A DNA stretch of 64,000 nt from NCBI RefSeq assembly GCF_041146345.1, contig NW_027191402.1:992001-1056000 (forward strand), written 5' to 3'. Below, piece by piece: positions 38,053 through 50,294 of this stretch. A model generated the notes under the pieces. That model was not told where the DNA came from. It searched no databases and was given only the letters and a program-made list of their open reading frames with translations. Both the position numbers and the translations under genes were made by a program. Position 1 is the stretch's first letter, and every line of letters starts with the position of its first letter. This DNA is from Neodothiora populina. Lineage: Eukaryota.

Positions 38053-39940
38053 ATGCGTTTCGTAAGTGATTTGGCCCTCGTGGCCGCTGCCTGCGCGATT
38101 CCAATTGCGGCGCTCAGTGGTAAAAACATCCCAAGGCGAGCAGGTGATGCAGCACCACGTATGCTTCCCAGACAGCTCCCCGCCGAACCAAAGGGAGTCA
38201 AGACAATCATCACTCCCAATGGATTCAACATCACATACAAGGAGCCCGGTATCTGTGAAACCACTCCCGGCGTTAAAGGTTACTCTGGATTCGTCAATCT
38301 TGGCCCCGATGTTCACAGTTTCTTCTGGTTCTTTGAGTCTAGAAGCAACCCAAACACCGACCCTGTCACTCTCTGGCTGAATGGAGGCCCTGGTTCCGAC
38401 AGTATGATTGGACTCTTCGAAGGTAAGCCTTGAAGTTTTGATCAACAGATCAAATCTCGCTGACGTGAGACCAGAGCTTGGTCCTTGCCGTGTTGCTGAG
38501 AACCTCACAACCTACCTCAACCCTTATGCCTACAACGAGGTCTCTAATGTTATTTTCTTGAGTCAGCCGTTGGGAGTCGGCTTTTCTTACGGCTCCAAGG
38601 AGGCTGGATCGCTTGATCCGTATCTCGGAAGCTTCTTGAATGCCTCGCAAGCACCAGTCGATGGCCGTTACCCTGTGATCAACGCTACAGCTATTGACAC
38701 CACCGCTCTTGCGGCTGTTGCTGGCTGGGAGGTCGTACAAGGTTTCTACGATGCGCTCCCGCAACTCGACGCCAATGTCACATCCAAGACGTTCAACTTG
38801 GCAACCGAGTCTTATGGTGGCCACTATGGTCCTGCTTTCTTCGACCATTTCCAGTCCCAGAACAAGCTCATCCAAAACGGATCCATTTCGGGCATTCCTC
38901 TGACCTTTGATTCCTTGACCATCATCAACGGTATCATTGACGAGTACATCCAGGCTCCTTATTACCCCGAGTTTTCTGTCAACAACACCTATGGCATCAA
39001 GCTCTACAATCAGACTATCTACGACTACACCCAAATTGCCCTCTACATGCCTAACGGATGCTTGTCCCAGGTCGAGCAATGCGCCGAGGTCGACATCAGC
39101 ACTCTCGGTGGCCAGGCAGTATGTTCAGAAGCCCAATCCATGTGCCGTGACAACGTTGAGGGTGTGTACTACAACTTTGGTAATCGCGGCGTCTACGACA
39201 TCCGGCACCCATACGACGACCCGACTCCTGAAGAGTACTTCTTGGACTACCTGAACCAGGCCTCCGTCCAGGAGGCCATCGGTGTAGACACAAACTACAC
39301 CTCAGCTTCGAACAACGACGTCTACTTTGCTTTCCAGCAGACCGGCGATTTCGTGTACGGCAACCTGCTCACCGATCTGGAGAGAATCCTCAACTCTTCT
39401 GTTCGCGTATCCCTTATCTACGGAGACGCCGATTACATCTGCAACTGTAAGTTTTCTCCCTCCTTCGAAACCCCAATCCATCCAAACTAACGAACAAATG
39501 AAGGGTTCGGAGGCGAAGCCGTAAGTCTGCAAATCGACTACGCGCACTCGGCTTCTTTCCGCTCAGCAGGGTACGTCCCGATGGTTGTAGACGGCGTCGA
39601 GTACGGCGAGACACGCGAGTACGGTAACTTCTCCTTCACGCGCGTGTACGAATCCGGCCATGAAGTTCCTTACTACCAGCCCATCGCCGCACTGGCTCTG
39701 TTCAACCGCACTATCAACGGCTGGGACTCGGCGACGGGAACTACTAAGATTACGTCGAATTATACGACGGTTGGTAATGCTACTGCTACGCATACTAATG
39801 CTTTCCCGCCGCTGCCGAGCGAGACGGGAAATCGTACTTCTACGGCACAGACTGGCGGTAAGGTCATTGCTGGGCTTAAGCAGTACCTTAGAAGAGGCGC
39901 TGGAGTTATGAGGGGTGGTGATAGACTTCGTAGGAAGTAG
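38053..39940 (+). CDS. Secreted serine carboxypeptidase (S10), 3 exons
   Basis: Signal peptide, [43 protein letters not shown] and [10 protein letters not shown]. Confidence 0.93.
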
Positions 39941-40051
39941 ATGGAAGTGGTCTTGTTTAGATGATGATGCCGAACGAAAATGTTTATGACAGGTTTTGAC
40001 GTCACCATAACACAGAAAACATTGAGCTTGATTCGATGCCATCTTGAGACG

Positions 40052-40571
40052 TACAAAGGAGCTCATGTTTAGTCATTGACTCCGCCGGCGAACAGTCGAT
40101 GAATGGTCAATGAACGGGTAGTGAGTCTTTGATCAACGGTGAATGATTCATTGAGAAATAGCTAATGACTGCTCGGTGAATGCTCGATGATTTCTTATTA
40201 ATCAGCTAATAACTGCTCGATGGATGGTCTGTAAATCCTCAATGACTACGTGCGAGGGTCCATGAGGTACAGGCGGCGATGTCGTTAGCCGAATCAAGGA
40301 ATGTCCTGACATTGCCGTATGTTGTCTGTCGACCGCCTGTGACCATCTCGTCGCTTCCATCATCATTGAGGGAAAGGTCGAGATATTCCACTGCGTCGGG
40401 CTCGAAGCGCAGTCTCGGGCTGACGTGGTCATCCTCATTTTCCAAAAAGCGTGGTCCTGGCTGCACCTGGCGCCTCGTCGGAGGTCGAGTCGCGGAAGGA
40501 AGTAGTCTCTGGTTAGCATCAAAGAGACGGGGTCGTTGAATGGTCAATGACTAAAAACGAGCGCCTTTGTA
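40052..40571. mobile_element. Non-autonomous TIR element (MITE-like, TA-flanked), copy 1
   Basis: Left TA|CAAAGGAGCTCATGTTTAGTCATTGAC and right GTCAATGACTAAAAACGAGCGCCTTTG|TA are imperfect inverted repeats of about 27 bp; the body aligns with 45125-45862. Confidence 0.8.
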
Positions 40572-40637
40572 GCAAAGTTTATCGGTTGTAGTTGATCAAT
40601 TAGCTCGGTAAGGGAGGCACAATCAGGACCTCAAAAG

Positions 40638-43600
40638 TCACTCTGAGCCCGAATCAACACTACCCATCGCCCGAGGATACTGCACCACGGGCTTCCAACC
40701 ATTCACAATTGCATCACCAACAGGCGTGCCCCAGCCCCCACCTGAAGGCGTGTAAATGACACACCGATCTTCAGTCTGCATGCCGACCATGCTCTTCTGC
40801 CCGATGTTTATCCATCGCTCACCTCCATCAGGCAACTTCCTGACCCAATAATTGGCCCCGTTCTCGCCCTGTTCGCCACCAGCCATACCGTACGGTCGCC
40901 GCGTGCGACTCCCCGTTATGACGCTGAAATGCAATGGCGCTCTGCACTCGTAGTCTCTGATGACGCCGTCGCCGCCATCGAAGAGTCCTTTGCCGCCACT
41001 TCCTTTGCGGATTGAAAACTCGCGTAACAAGACTGGGTAGCGCTTTTCGAGGACCTCGGCGTCTGTTATCCGTGTGTTGGTCATGTGCGTATGTACGCCG
41101 CTGGCGCCTTGCCAGGAAGGGCCTGCGCCTGCTCCACCGCAGATGGTCTCGCCGATTGCGTATGCGAATCCCGTGTCTTGCCCTGAAGGTAAAGCGTTAC
41201 CGCCGCCAAAAAAGCCGAGACAGTTCATGCAGCCTTGAGACGCGGCGCAGAATTCAAAGGCTTTGAGGATCGTGTCGACGACGCGCTGTGAGGTCTGTGT
41301 GTTTCCTGCGCAGACGGCGGCGTGGGGTGAGGGGTTCAAAAAACAGCCTTTTGGGAGGATGATTTCGATTGGAGCGAGACAGCCTTGGTTCAGGGGGATG
41401 TCGCTTCCTATCATGCTTCGTAGGCAATAGATGATTCCTGAGTAGGTTATTGAGGTTGGTGCGTTCATGTTGGAGTATAGCTCCGGGGTCGTGCCAGTAA
41501 AGTCAAAAGTCGCACTTCCGTCGTCGCGGATGGTGATTGCTAGAGAAATGGTTGAGCTGTTGTCCATGGTTTCTGTTGTTTGGAAGAAACTGCCGCGCTG
41601 TTCTTGACATTTGATCAGAAAATTACGCACGGCGAGTTCTGCGGTCGTCTGTATGGCGTTCATGTACAAGTGGACTTTTTCTAACGAGTGCTCTTCTATT
41701 AAGCGATGCAGCAGAATAGCACCCTTATTGTTTGCTGCCGCTTGAGCCTTGAGGTCGGAGAAGTTGTCACTGAGCCTGCGAGAGCCACTGCAATCAGGTC
41801 TTAAACCAGGCTCGGCAAAGATCTTTGTAAGGCCCTCTTCATCAAATTTGTTGTCTCGTATCATCAGATGGCTGTGTATAGCGGCTCCTTCTTGCCATAA
41901 TCTGAACCATTAGCATCCATAGGTCGTCCGGATAGTTTCTTATTTCCTACTCTGTAGAGTTGGGTGGCATGCTACTTCCACCCAGTCCGCCTATGTCGGT
42001 ATGATGGCCGCGGGAAGCAAGAAAGAACACTATGTCTTTCCCTTGACTATCAAATACAGGAGTGACAACCGTGATATCTGGTAGGTGAGTTCCTCCAACT
42101 TCTGTTACAAGTTAGTAAGCCGAAGACCAAATAGGACTGCAAGACACTTTCCTGGATGGTTCGTAGCATATACATCTCCAGGCCGCATCGTATCACCCAA
42201 CAACTTTATCTGTCCTCTGACAGCATAAGCCATAGACCCCAAAAATACAGGTATGTGCGGAGCGTTGGCGACCAGTTCTCCAGTTGGTCCAAAGATGGCA
42301 CATGCGAAATCCAAACGTTCCTTGATGTTCAGTGATACAGCAGTCTTCTGGAGAGCTCGTCCCATCTGTTCAGCTACACCCGTAAATCGATGTCCGAATA
42401 CAGATAATTGAACAGGATCTACAGTCCCTTCGAACTTGTGCTGGCTATTCGACGGTTCGACATCAACGACAACGTGTGCTTTGAGAATGCGAGCCTTGGC
42501 TGATGGGGTCAGAACAATCGTTTGCGTCTTGTCGACGATCATGGCGGGTCCTGTGATTTCAGTGAATGGCTGCAAGTCATCTAGTAAGTACACCGGTGTC
42601 GATACAAGTCCAGTTGTACTGAAGTATGCACTGATTTTCATTACCTCTTTCGTTGAGGCAGTCGGAAAAAAATCCTTTACCAGTGACTCGGTAAGCGCTT
42701 CTCCTGGGATCAAGGCCTTTTCAGCTTTGCCGATTCCGCAGACTCGAATGTCGTCGATGATAATGTCACGATCGTCTTGCCAGATGAAGCCAAATTCACG
42801 AATATGTTCGCTCAGAAAAGCGGCCTTGTAGTTTCCAGAGCCTTGCTGCAGCACCATCATCGCGGTATCAGTACCCTTATACCTCAGGTTGAGATAGTGT
42901 TCGAATTCGATCAAGTGTGACTGAACACCGGGATCAATCAAATTCCCTGTGACTCTGCCCTGCAGTGCTGTGAATCGAGCTTTGACTTCAATTAAGGTAC
43001 TATCGTTTAGCTTTATAACGCTAGGTTCCTGAGCCTCTTGCACCACTTCTGCCAGTGCCATACCATAAGCTGAGAGGATACTCGAGTACTTGTGCAAGAT
43101 CACACGGTCAATCCCTAGGTTCTGAGAGATTTCGCATGCGTGTTGTCCACCAGCACCTCCAAATATACCTAAATCATGGGAACTAATCTCATGTCCGCGG
43201 GCTTCTGTTAGTGCTCGAATTGGTCCGCACATTGATTCGTTCGCAACCTCAATGAACCCATCCGCTACTTGTTCCGGGGATAACCGTATGCCAGTATCTG
43301 CATAGATCTCTTCACTCATTTGTGAGAACTGCAGGCGCACACATTCGACATCTAATGGTAGATCTTCACTCGGTCCGAAGATTCTCGGGAAGAAGTTTGG
43401 GATTAAACGACCGAGAAGCAGATTGGCGTCGGTGACGGTGAGACGTCCGCCTTTACGGTATGACGCTGGACCTGGATGAGCACCAGCACTCTGTCAAGGA
43501 TCAGCGCAGATCTTTTTTTGCTATTCGAAAAGTCCTACCTCGGGCCCAACTCTAAACAGCCCATTCTCCCAAGAGAGGATAGACCCACCTCCTGCTGCTA

Positions 43601-44818
43601 CTGTGTTTATATCCAGTTGAGGTGTTTGAATCGTGACTCCCGAGATTGTTGTCTCGAAAACATGTTCGAAGATCCCATCGAATCTGCTAACATCTGTGCT
43701 GGTGCCTCCCATATCGAAGCCGACAATAGGTCGGTCTACATGGCATGTCCGCGCGTAGCCAACGACGCCTCCTGCAGGCCCACTTAGGATGCCTCGTAGG
43801 CCTCCAAATGACCTGTGGTCGACCAAGCCGCCGTCGCTCTGCATAAATTCGCATCTGACTCCATCGAGGTTACCGTCTTGGAAGCCTTTCGCGAATCCCT
43901 GAACATATTGTTTTGTCGCGAGTGTAGTGTAGGCGTCTGTGGAAGCCGAGCCTCCTCGCGGGACCATTTTTATCATGTTTGCTCCGACTTCGGATGATAG
44001 GGAGACGTGAGAAAATCCAAGTTCGGTGGCAATCTTTGCGACCTCGAGTTCGTGGGCCGGATATAGATACGAGTGAGCAAAACAAACCGCAAGGGTAGTG
44101 TATCCTGTCTGCCGAAGATGCTCGAGAGTGGACGTGACATCCACTTCATCCAGTGGTTGTAAAATCCGAAGCATAGTTCCACCAATTCCTCTAACTAGAA
44201 CACCAGGTACCTCCTTTTGGGTAGTGACGCCATTCTCAGTGTCCTCGTCAAAGCCTTCAATTGTCACACGTTCTTGGATCTCTACAACTTTGTCATATAG
44301 TACTTTTGGCTTCTTGATCTGCAGGTCAAAAATATCTGGCCTTTGCTGAGAGCCGATCTCGAGAAGACTACGCAACCCTCGAGTCACCAAAAAGGCATGG
44401 CGAGTACCTTTGCGCTCTAGTAACGCATTGGTGGCCACTGTCGTACCCATACGGATTGAGTGGATATGCTCTTTGGGCAAAGGCTCATTGCGAGGTAATT
44501 CATAGCCATGAAGGGTGGACAGGATCCTGCGTATGCCTTTCTATGCTGTTAGATCATATGTCCGAGTGAATAAAGAAGCTTTACGATACCTTCGCTAGGC
44601 GCATCTTTATAGTGACCAGGATCCTCTGAGAGAAGTTTAATAACGATATCATCTCGTCCATCGACGGACGCATAACAGTCTGTAAAGGTGCCACCACGAT
44701 CTACATTCAAAATTCAGTATCTAAGCTTCATTATCTGAGATGTCAATTTAAGCTTACCGATTGCTAACTTGATACTGTTCCGTGGCAGAGTTGCGCTGCC
44801 AACATCTGTTCGAGCCAT
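40638..44818 (-). CDS. OXP1: 5-oxoprolinase (ATP-hydrolysing; hydantoinase/oxoprolinase family), multi-exon; one intron has a GA donor
   Basis: [70 protein letters not shown] and [11 protein letters not shown]. Confidence 0.9.
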
Positions 44819-45124
44819 AGTGGCATGAAGTCCAAACGTGAGTGACGCCTTCCATGTTCACTACTACTACTCGGTATCTTATATCCATTCATGGTTCAAG
44901 ATCTCGCTTCGACCTGCACAATGAATGACTGTATATCGTCCTGGATCAAGCAAGAGTGGATGGATTTGGGCGACGGCGCAAATGGAACACAGTCTTCGTG
45001 ATGTTACGACGTCGCGAATTGTTCGCTGGGACCTGCCTTCTGTCCTTCGCCTATCGTGTCACATATATGAGGATAATGGACCTCCTATCTGTGCTGGTTG
45101 TGCAAGTCCGGCAACCCCGCACTC

Positions 45125-45862
45125 TATAAACAAGCTTGTTTTTAGTCATTAACCCCGCCAATGAATAGTCGACGAATAGTTAATGAACGGTGCTGCCAAA
45201 CCCACTACCTCTACCAACCCAACTACTCCAGGATCCGGTCGGATGACCCCCCTAGCAGACCTGGAGGACAAGGACAAGGACAAGAACGAGGAGCAGGTCC
45301 AGAGTACTCAAAGATCTGGTGAGGGCTAAGACGGTGAGAAGGACAAGGACGGGGGGATGCACGAAGAAGGACACGAAGACACCTAGGGAGGTACTGAAGG
45401 CAGCCAGGATGCGTCTAGCAAGGCACAGGAGTGAGGAATAAGGTCCGGTGGTTTCCTTCCTTTTCTTTTCTTTTCTTTTCTTTCCTGCCATGGGCCCTTT
45501 CGTGGCACCTTCTAAAGAAGGAGACATCATTTAGCTAGCATAGGGAATACGTTCAACCTCCAGCTAAAGCATTCGTCTGGAAGGAGGGCTGGTTTGTCAG
45601 GATGGCACCTGCCTCGATGCGGCAGACAACCGGCATACAGTAACACCGGTACTGTCCTGCACTCTATATAGCGGGGCTTTCCTCCAGGGTAGTAAGTCTT
45701 TAATCAACGGTAAATGATTCCTTGGCGAATAGGTAACAATAACTGCTCAGTAAATGCTCGATGATTTCTTATCAATCAGCTAATGACTACTTATTAGATG
45801 GTCTGTAAATCCTTAATGACTACCCGGTGAATGGTTAATGACTAAAAACGAGCTCCTTTGTA
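45125..45862. mobile_element. Non-autonomous TIR element, copy 2, with an internal insert of about 500 bp
   Basis: Degenerate left TIR TATAAACAAGCTTGTTTTTAGTCATTAAC and right TIR GTTAATGACTAAAAACGAGCTCCTTTGTA; 45687-45823 aligns with 40116-40249. Confidence 0.8.
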
Positions 45863-46326
45863 CTGAAATATGGAGATCTTTCTCGACAACATGCCTTGCC
45901 TCATGTCGCAGAGTAACAAACACAATTGTCCGACACTCATTGATATATGAAGGTGTTGCAGGTGTGCATGTGGGACTTGCAAGCGCAGAACTTACTATTC
46001 TCTACAAGCCCAAGGTAGATTAATACACGAACGGCTTGGACATCTACTCCATTAGCAAAATGTTGTGTTATGAACGACAAGTGCTTCATAAGATTTTCTA
46101 CATCCCTCTATGACACTAGCCACCGTCAAGTAGCCAACGACGAGTTGCATATGTACATATTGCCGATGTGATCCAAGCTCGGAACTACCGGAGTGGCTTT
46201 GATCGGGTCCCCTTATCTCCTCTTCGGACTCGTCAAGGTCAATTGGACCCGCAACTCGTACACATCCCAAGTGCGTAATGCCTTCTACGACACCACACTA
46301 TATTAGACTCCACAAGAGATTCATCA

Positions 46327-47954
46327 ATGTCAGTGCAGTATACTCGGAACAGACTCGGCTGTTGGTCGTGTAAAGAACGCCGCGTTAGATGTACTCGAGA
46401 GCAGCCGACCTGCCAGTCTTACAAGAAACGCGGTCTGAAATGTAGATATGGACTGAAATTGACATGGGAAGATGACGCCTTGAAGCGTGGAGTCGCCCAC
46501 GGCAGGCAAGGTATTGAAATTTTCGCGTTGTGAAAGTCTCTGCTATCTGACTTGTTACACAAAGTAGTGTGGTCTGAAACAAAAGGCGATGCTGCTCACC
46601 TTAAATTTGAAAAGCATGAGCAGTCATGTCTACCACGGCTAATCATTCGGCATGGAGAATTCCATTTCCTCAACACGACGTATGGAACTTTTCAGGGCCA
46701 GGATATCGTTCCAATCAATGATCAATCATACCTCAAGTTCCCACTGGCCGGTTCACCTGGTTCATTTGTCCTAGACGAAGACGCTCTCTGTGGGTACTTT
46801 GTCAAGAAGATATGCCCGTCATGCACTTTGGACTCTTCCACCAATCCATACCTGCAGTATATTGTCCCTTTGGTAATGGAGTCTGAAGCTATACGACACA
46901 CGCTCATTGGTATCTCTGCTACAGAGCTCAGTTGGAATAGTGACAGTCAGCGGTGTCGAGACATGGCCGCGCATCACAAAACGAAAGCTCTAGGTGCACT
47001 GAGTGAAGCTATAGAACACAGAAATGACCATGGTTATACGCGCTCCTCAACAATTCATATCGTAGCATCTACCATTATGCTATGCTTTTTCGAAGTGAGT
47101 TTTCATGCGTGGTCTTACAAGCTCGACATTTGACATTTTCCAGATTTTAGAGAACTGTTCTCCCACTGTGTAACCCACCTCAAAGGCGCCCGCACTATAA
47201 GCGAGCAGCTGTTGATGAACAATAACATCGTCGAGCCAGGATTCAGGCGCTTTTGTTTGATGTATTTTGTCGCACACGATGTCATGGGACATAAGGGTGA
47301 CTGCTTTTTTGATACCAAGACGTGGTTTGCAGGTGATGACGAGGAAGAGGTCTGTGTTGATGTCTCATCAGGAAGAGCTCATGCTGATGAGAAAGACAGA
47401 TCGATGCCCTTATGGGATGCTCTCGCGGCCTCATGCATATTGTCAATTCGATTTCTGAGCTCAAACGATTGGTAACTCCAGGTTCCTGCAGCCTTTCTCG
47501 GTACATGGCATCGCGTGACAGACTCGAAAGACAGCTTCACTCGCTACGGCAGACATCGAGACATTTCAGCACTGATATAGATCTCATGAAAATTGCAGAG
47601 ATGAAGAGACTCTGTGGCCTTTTGTATTTGTATGTACGACTGGACGATATGCGACCGAATTACGTGCCAGTTCAGCATCTCACGAGTCGCATTATATATC
47701 TTTTGAAGCAAGCACCTACCAGAGATACTCTGCTTTGGATTATTTTCATAGTTGGGACCATGGGTGTCCGGAATGAGGATGATAGAAGATTAGTACTCGA
47801 CATCTTGCAATCAATGCTTGACACGCGGCCGTTGTCGAATATTAGACAGACACGATCCATCATTGAGAGTATTTGGAAAGACAGGGATATCGGTGTCGAA
47901 GGGAACTGGGAGGACATGCTACAGCAACGATGTGTTCAGCTTAGTCTGGCTTAA
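46327..47954 (+). CDS. Zn(II)2Cys6 transcription factor with a fungal_trans_2-type C-terminal domain; fifth Cys replaced by Tyr
   Basis: GCWSCKERRVRCTREQPTCQSYKKRGLKCRYG; later NPY, HLKGAR, HDV, IDALMGCS and LLWIIFIVG motifs; 4 exons. Confidence 0.85.
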
Positions 47955-48419
47955 TATGTGGCCAAAATCCAGAAGATCGTTCGGCTTGGTTATCTTCAAA
48001 CAAATGTTTGTGATTGGCTCTGATTGCTGATGTCCGATACTGAGACCGCAGCCGTACCCGAGCGGGTCGACCAGCCTTAGCGCGATGAGCCACCTTGTAC
48101 ACCTTGTACAGTATCTCACAAGCGAAAGTTAGCTTGGTACTCGGTTAATCACTTCTGATGACACACATGTACCTATCTCGTCAAGCCATGTAGTTGTCCC
48201 TCGCGTTGACCATCCTCAGCTGGCTCTGCAATCAAGGCACGGAACTGCCCGTAGATCGTCCTACAGGACTTGTCTGTACGTGGTAATATGGCTCTTGCTG
48301 ATGGTCATTGTATTGTATATATCTCTACTCAAGTGCGTGTGTAAGTCTCTGTTCTATAATCATTATTGTTCATTCTCTAAAAGTGTCGTGCCACATTAAA
48401 CGTGGATAGATTACAAAGT

Positions 48420-50294
48420 ATGCGTTTTTTTGACATAAGAGATGAGATTCAGGAGGCCCCGGTGAGCACGGAAAGTATAGAGAACGAAAGAGGAGAAATC
48501 ACTCAGATGAAAGGCCGCGATAGTGATCGGGCATCAGAGTTTCTTACTACAGCACATCAGTATAATTCTCTCACACCAGCTCAAGAAAGGAAGCTCAAAC
48601 ATAAGCTCGACCGATGGATGATCCCTATGCTTTTGTTCACAGCCACACTGGTACGCAAAGGTTGTCTGGCTTCCAGGGCTATATTAACTTATACCAGGGC
48701 GCAGTGGACAAGGTTACACTCGGGACGGCGAGTCTATATGGGTTCCAAAAGGATGAGAACTTGCACGGGCAGCAGTATTCTTGGTTCGTTTCTTCTACCG
48801 ATCATCTTGCCCGAACTCGCTAACCATCGCAGGCTCGGTAGTATCTTATCCCTCGGAGCCCTATTTGGAATGTTCCCCAATACCTACCTGATCAGCGGCC
48901 TGCCTTCTGCAAAGTTCATGTGCATTTGTTCAATCGTTTGGTCCGGCATGGCACTTTTGCTTGCTGCATGCACTAATTGGAGTGAACTCATGGCTGTGCG
49001 TTTCCTCATGGGAACTGCTGAATGCGTGATTATACCAGTAAGACAACACCTTGAAGTCAATTGATGATGTTTTGACATGTCTTCAGTCAGTCACACTTAT
49101 CGTGAGTCGATTCTGTTTTGACATGTCTTCAGTCAGTCACACTTATCGTGAGTCGATTCTACACAAAAGTCGAGCAAGCCCCTCGAAATGCCTGGGTATT
49201 TGGATCGTGGAGTTCGTTGATTAATGGATTCCTTGCCTGGGCTATTGGCCATGTCCCAAATGACGCCCCCCTTCATATCTGGCAATATCTATTCCTGATC
49301 ACAGCTTCAGTGTCAATGGCCTGGTCCATATTCGTCTTCTTCATGTTACCTGGCACACCCATGGAGGCAAGATTCCTCACTGAAGAAGAGAAATATCATG
49401 TACTGGTGCGCGTGGCAGAAAACCATACTGGTGTCGAAAGTAGGATTTGGAAATGGGATCAAGTGCTCGAGGCAGTGGTTGATCCAAAGACATGGATACT
49501 GTTCTTCTTTGATATCGCAATTAACGTGAGTACGATTGTATATTAGACAGACAAATGCTAACAAAGCAGATTCCGAACGGAGGGTTGCAAACCTTTGGTA
49601 GCATTATTATCAAGGATCTAGGCTTCGACTCTCTCAACGCCTCATTACTTTCTATGCCCACGGGCATAATGTCTACCGCTGCGTCTGTAATTTTCTCGTA
49701 CGCCGCTGCCAGATGGCATAATCGACGTGCCCTTGTAACGATGATCGCGTGCTGTGTACCGATCATCGGGACTGCACTGATCCATGGCCTGCCAAGGGAC
49801 AATCTACCTGGACGGATGGTTGGCTTGTATCTTGTATGTCATGCCGTCGACTAGACTATACCATTCACTAATTAGGATGTAGCTTTACACATACTTTGGG
49901 CCTTATTACGTTGCAATCTCTCTTGCTCAGGCGAATACAGCGGGCAATACGAAAAAGGTAGTAGTCTTTGGTATCCTGTACGTGGGATACTCTATCGGCA
50001 ATCTGGTAAGACTTCCAAGATGGTATCTTATCATTCAAGACAGCTAACAGCATTTAGATCGGACCACAAACATTCAGGACTTCGCAAGCTCCCGAGTACG
50101 TTGGCGGTGTAATCGCTATGATTGTCTGTTATTGTGTTTGCGTTGGTCTTGCAGGCTTGTATTGGGTAGTCACTGTCGCTGCCAACAAGCGTAAACAGTC
50201 CGGAGATGTGCCCAGGCGAGAATCGCCGCAAGGGTTTGATGGGTTGATGGATTTAAGTGACTTCAAGAGACCTGGTTTTCGGTACATTACATAG
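48420..50294 (+). CDS. MFS anion:cation symporter (Dal5 allantoate/dipeptide permease-like), multi-exon
   Basis: KLDRWMIP, DKVTLGTAS, QYSWLGSI, RFLMG, IWQYLFLI, ARFLTEEEK, DPKTW, IPNGG, NTAGNTKK, GNLIGPQTF and FRY motifs. Confidence 0.88.
49069..49160 (+). repeat. Perfect 46-bp tandem duplication spanning a 3' splice site
   Basis: GTTTTGACATGTCTTCAGTCAGTCACACTTATCGTGAGTCGATTCT at 49069-49114 and again at 49115-49160. Confidence 0.95.
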
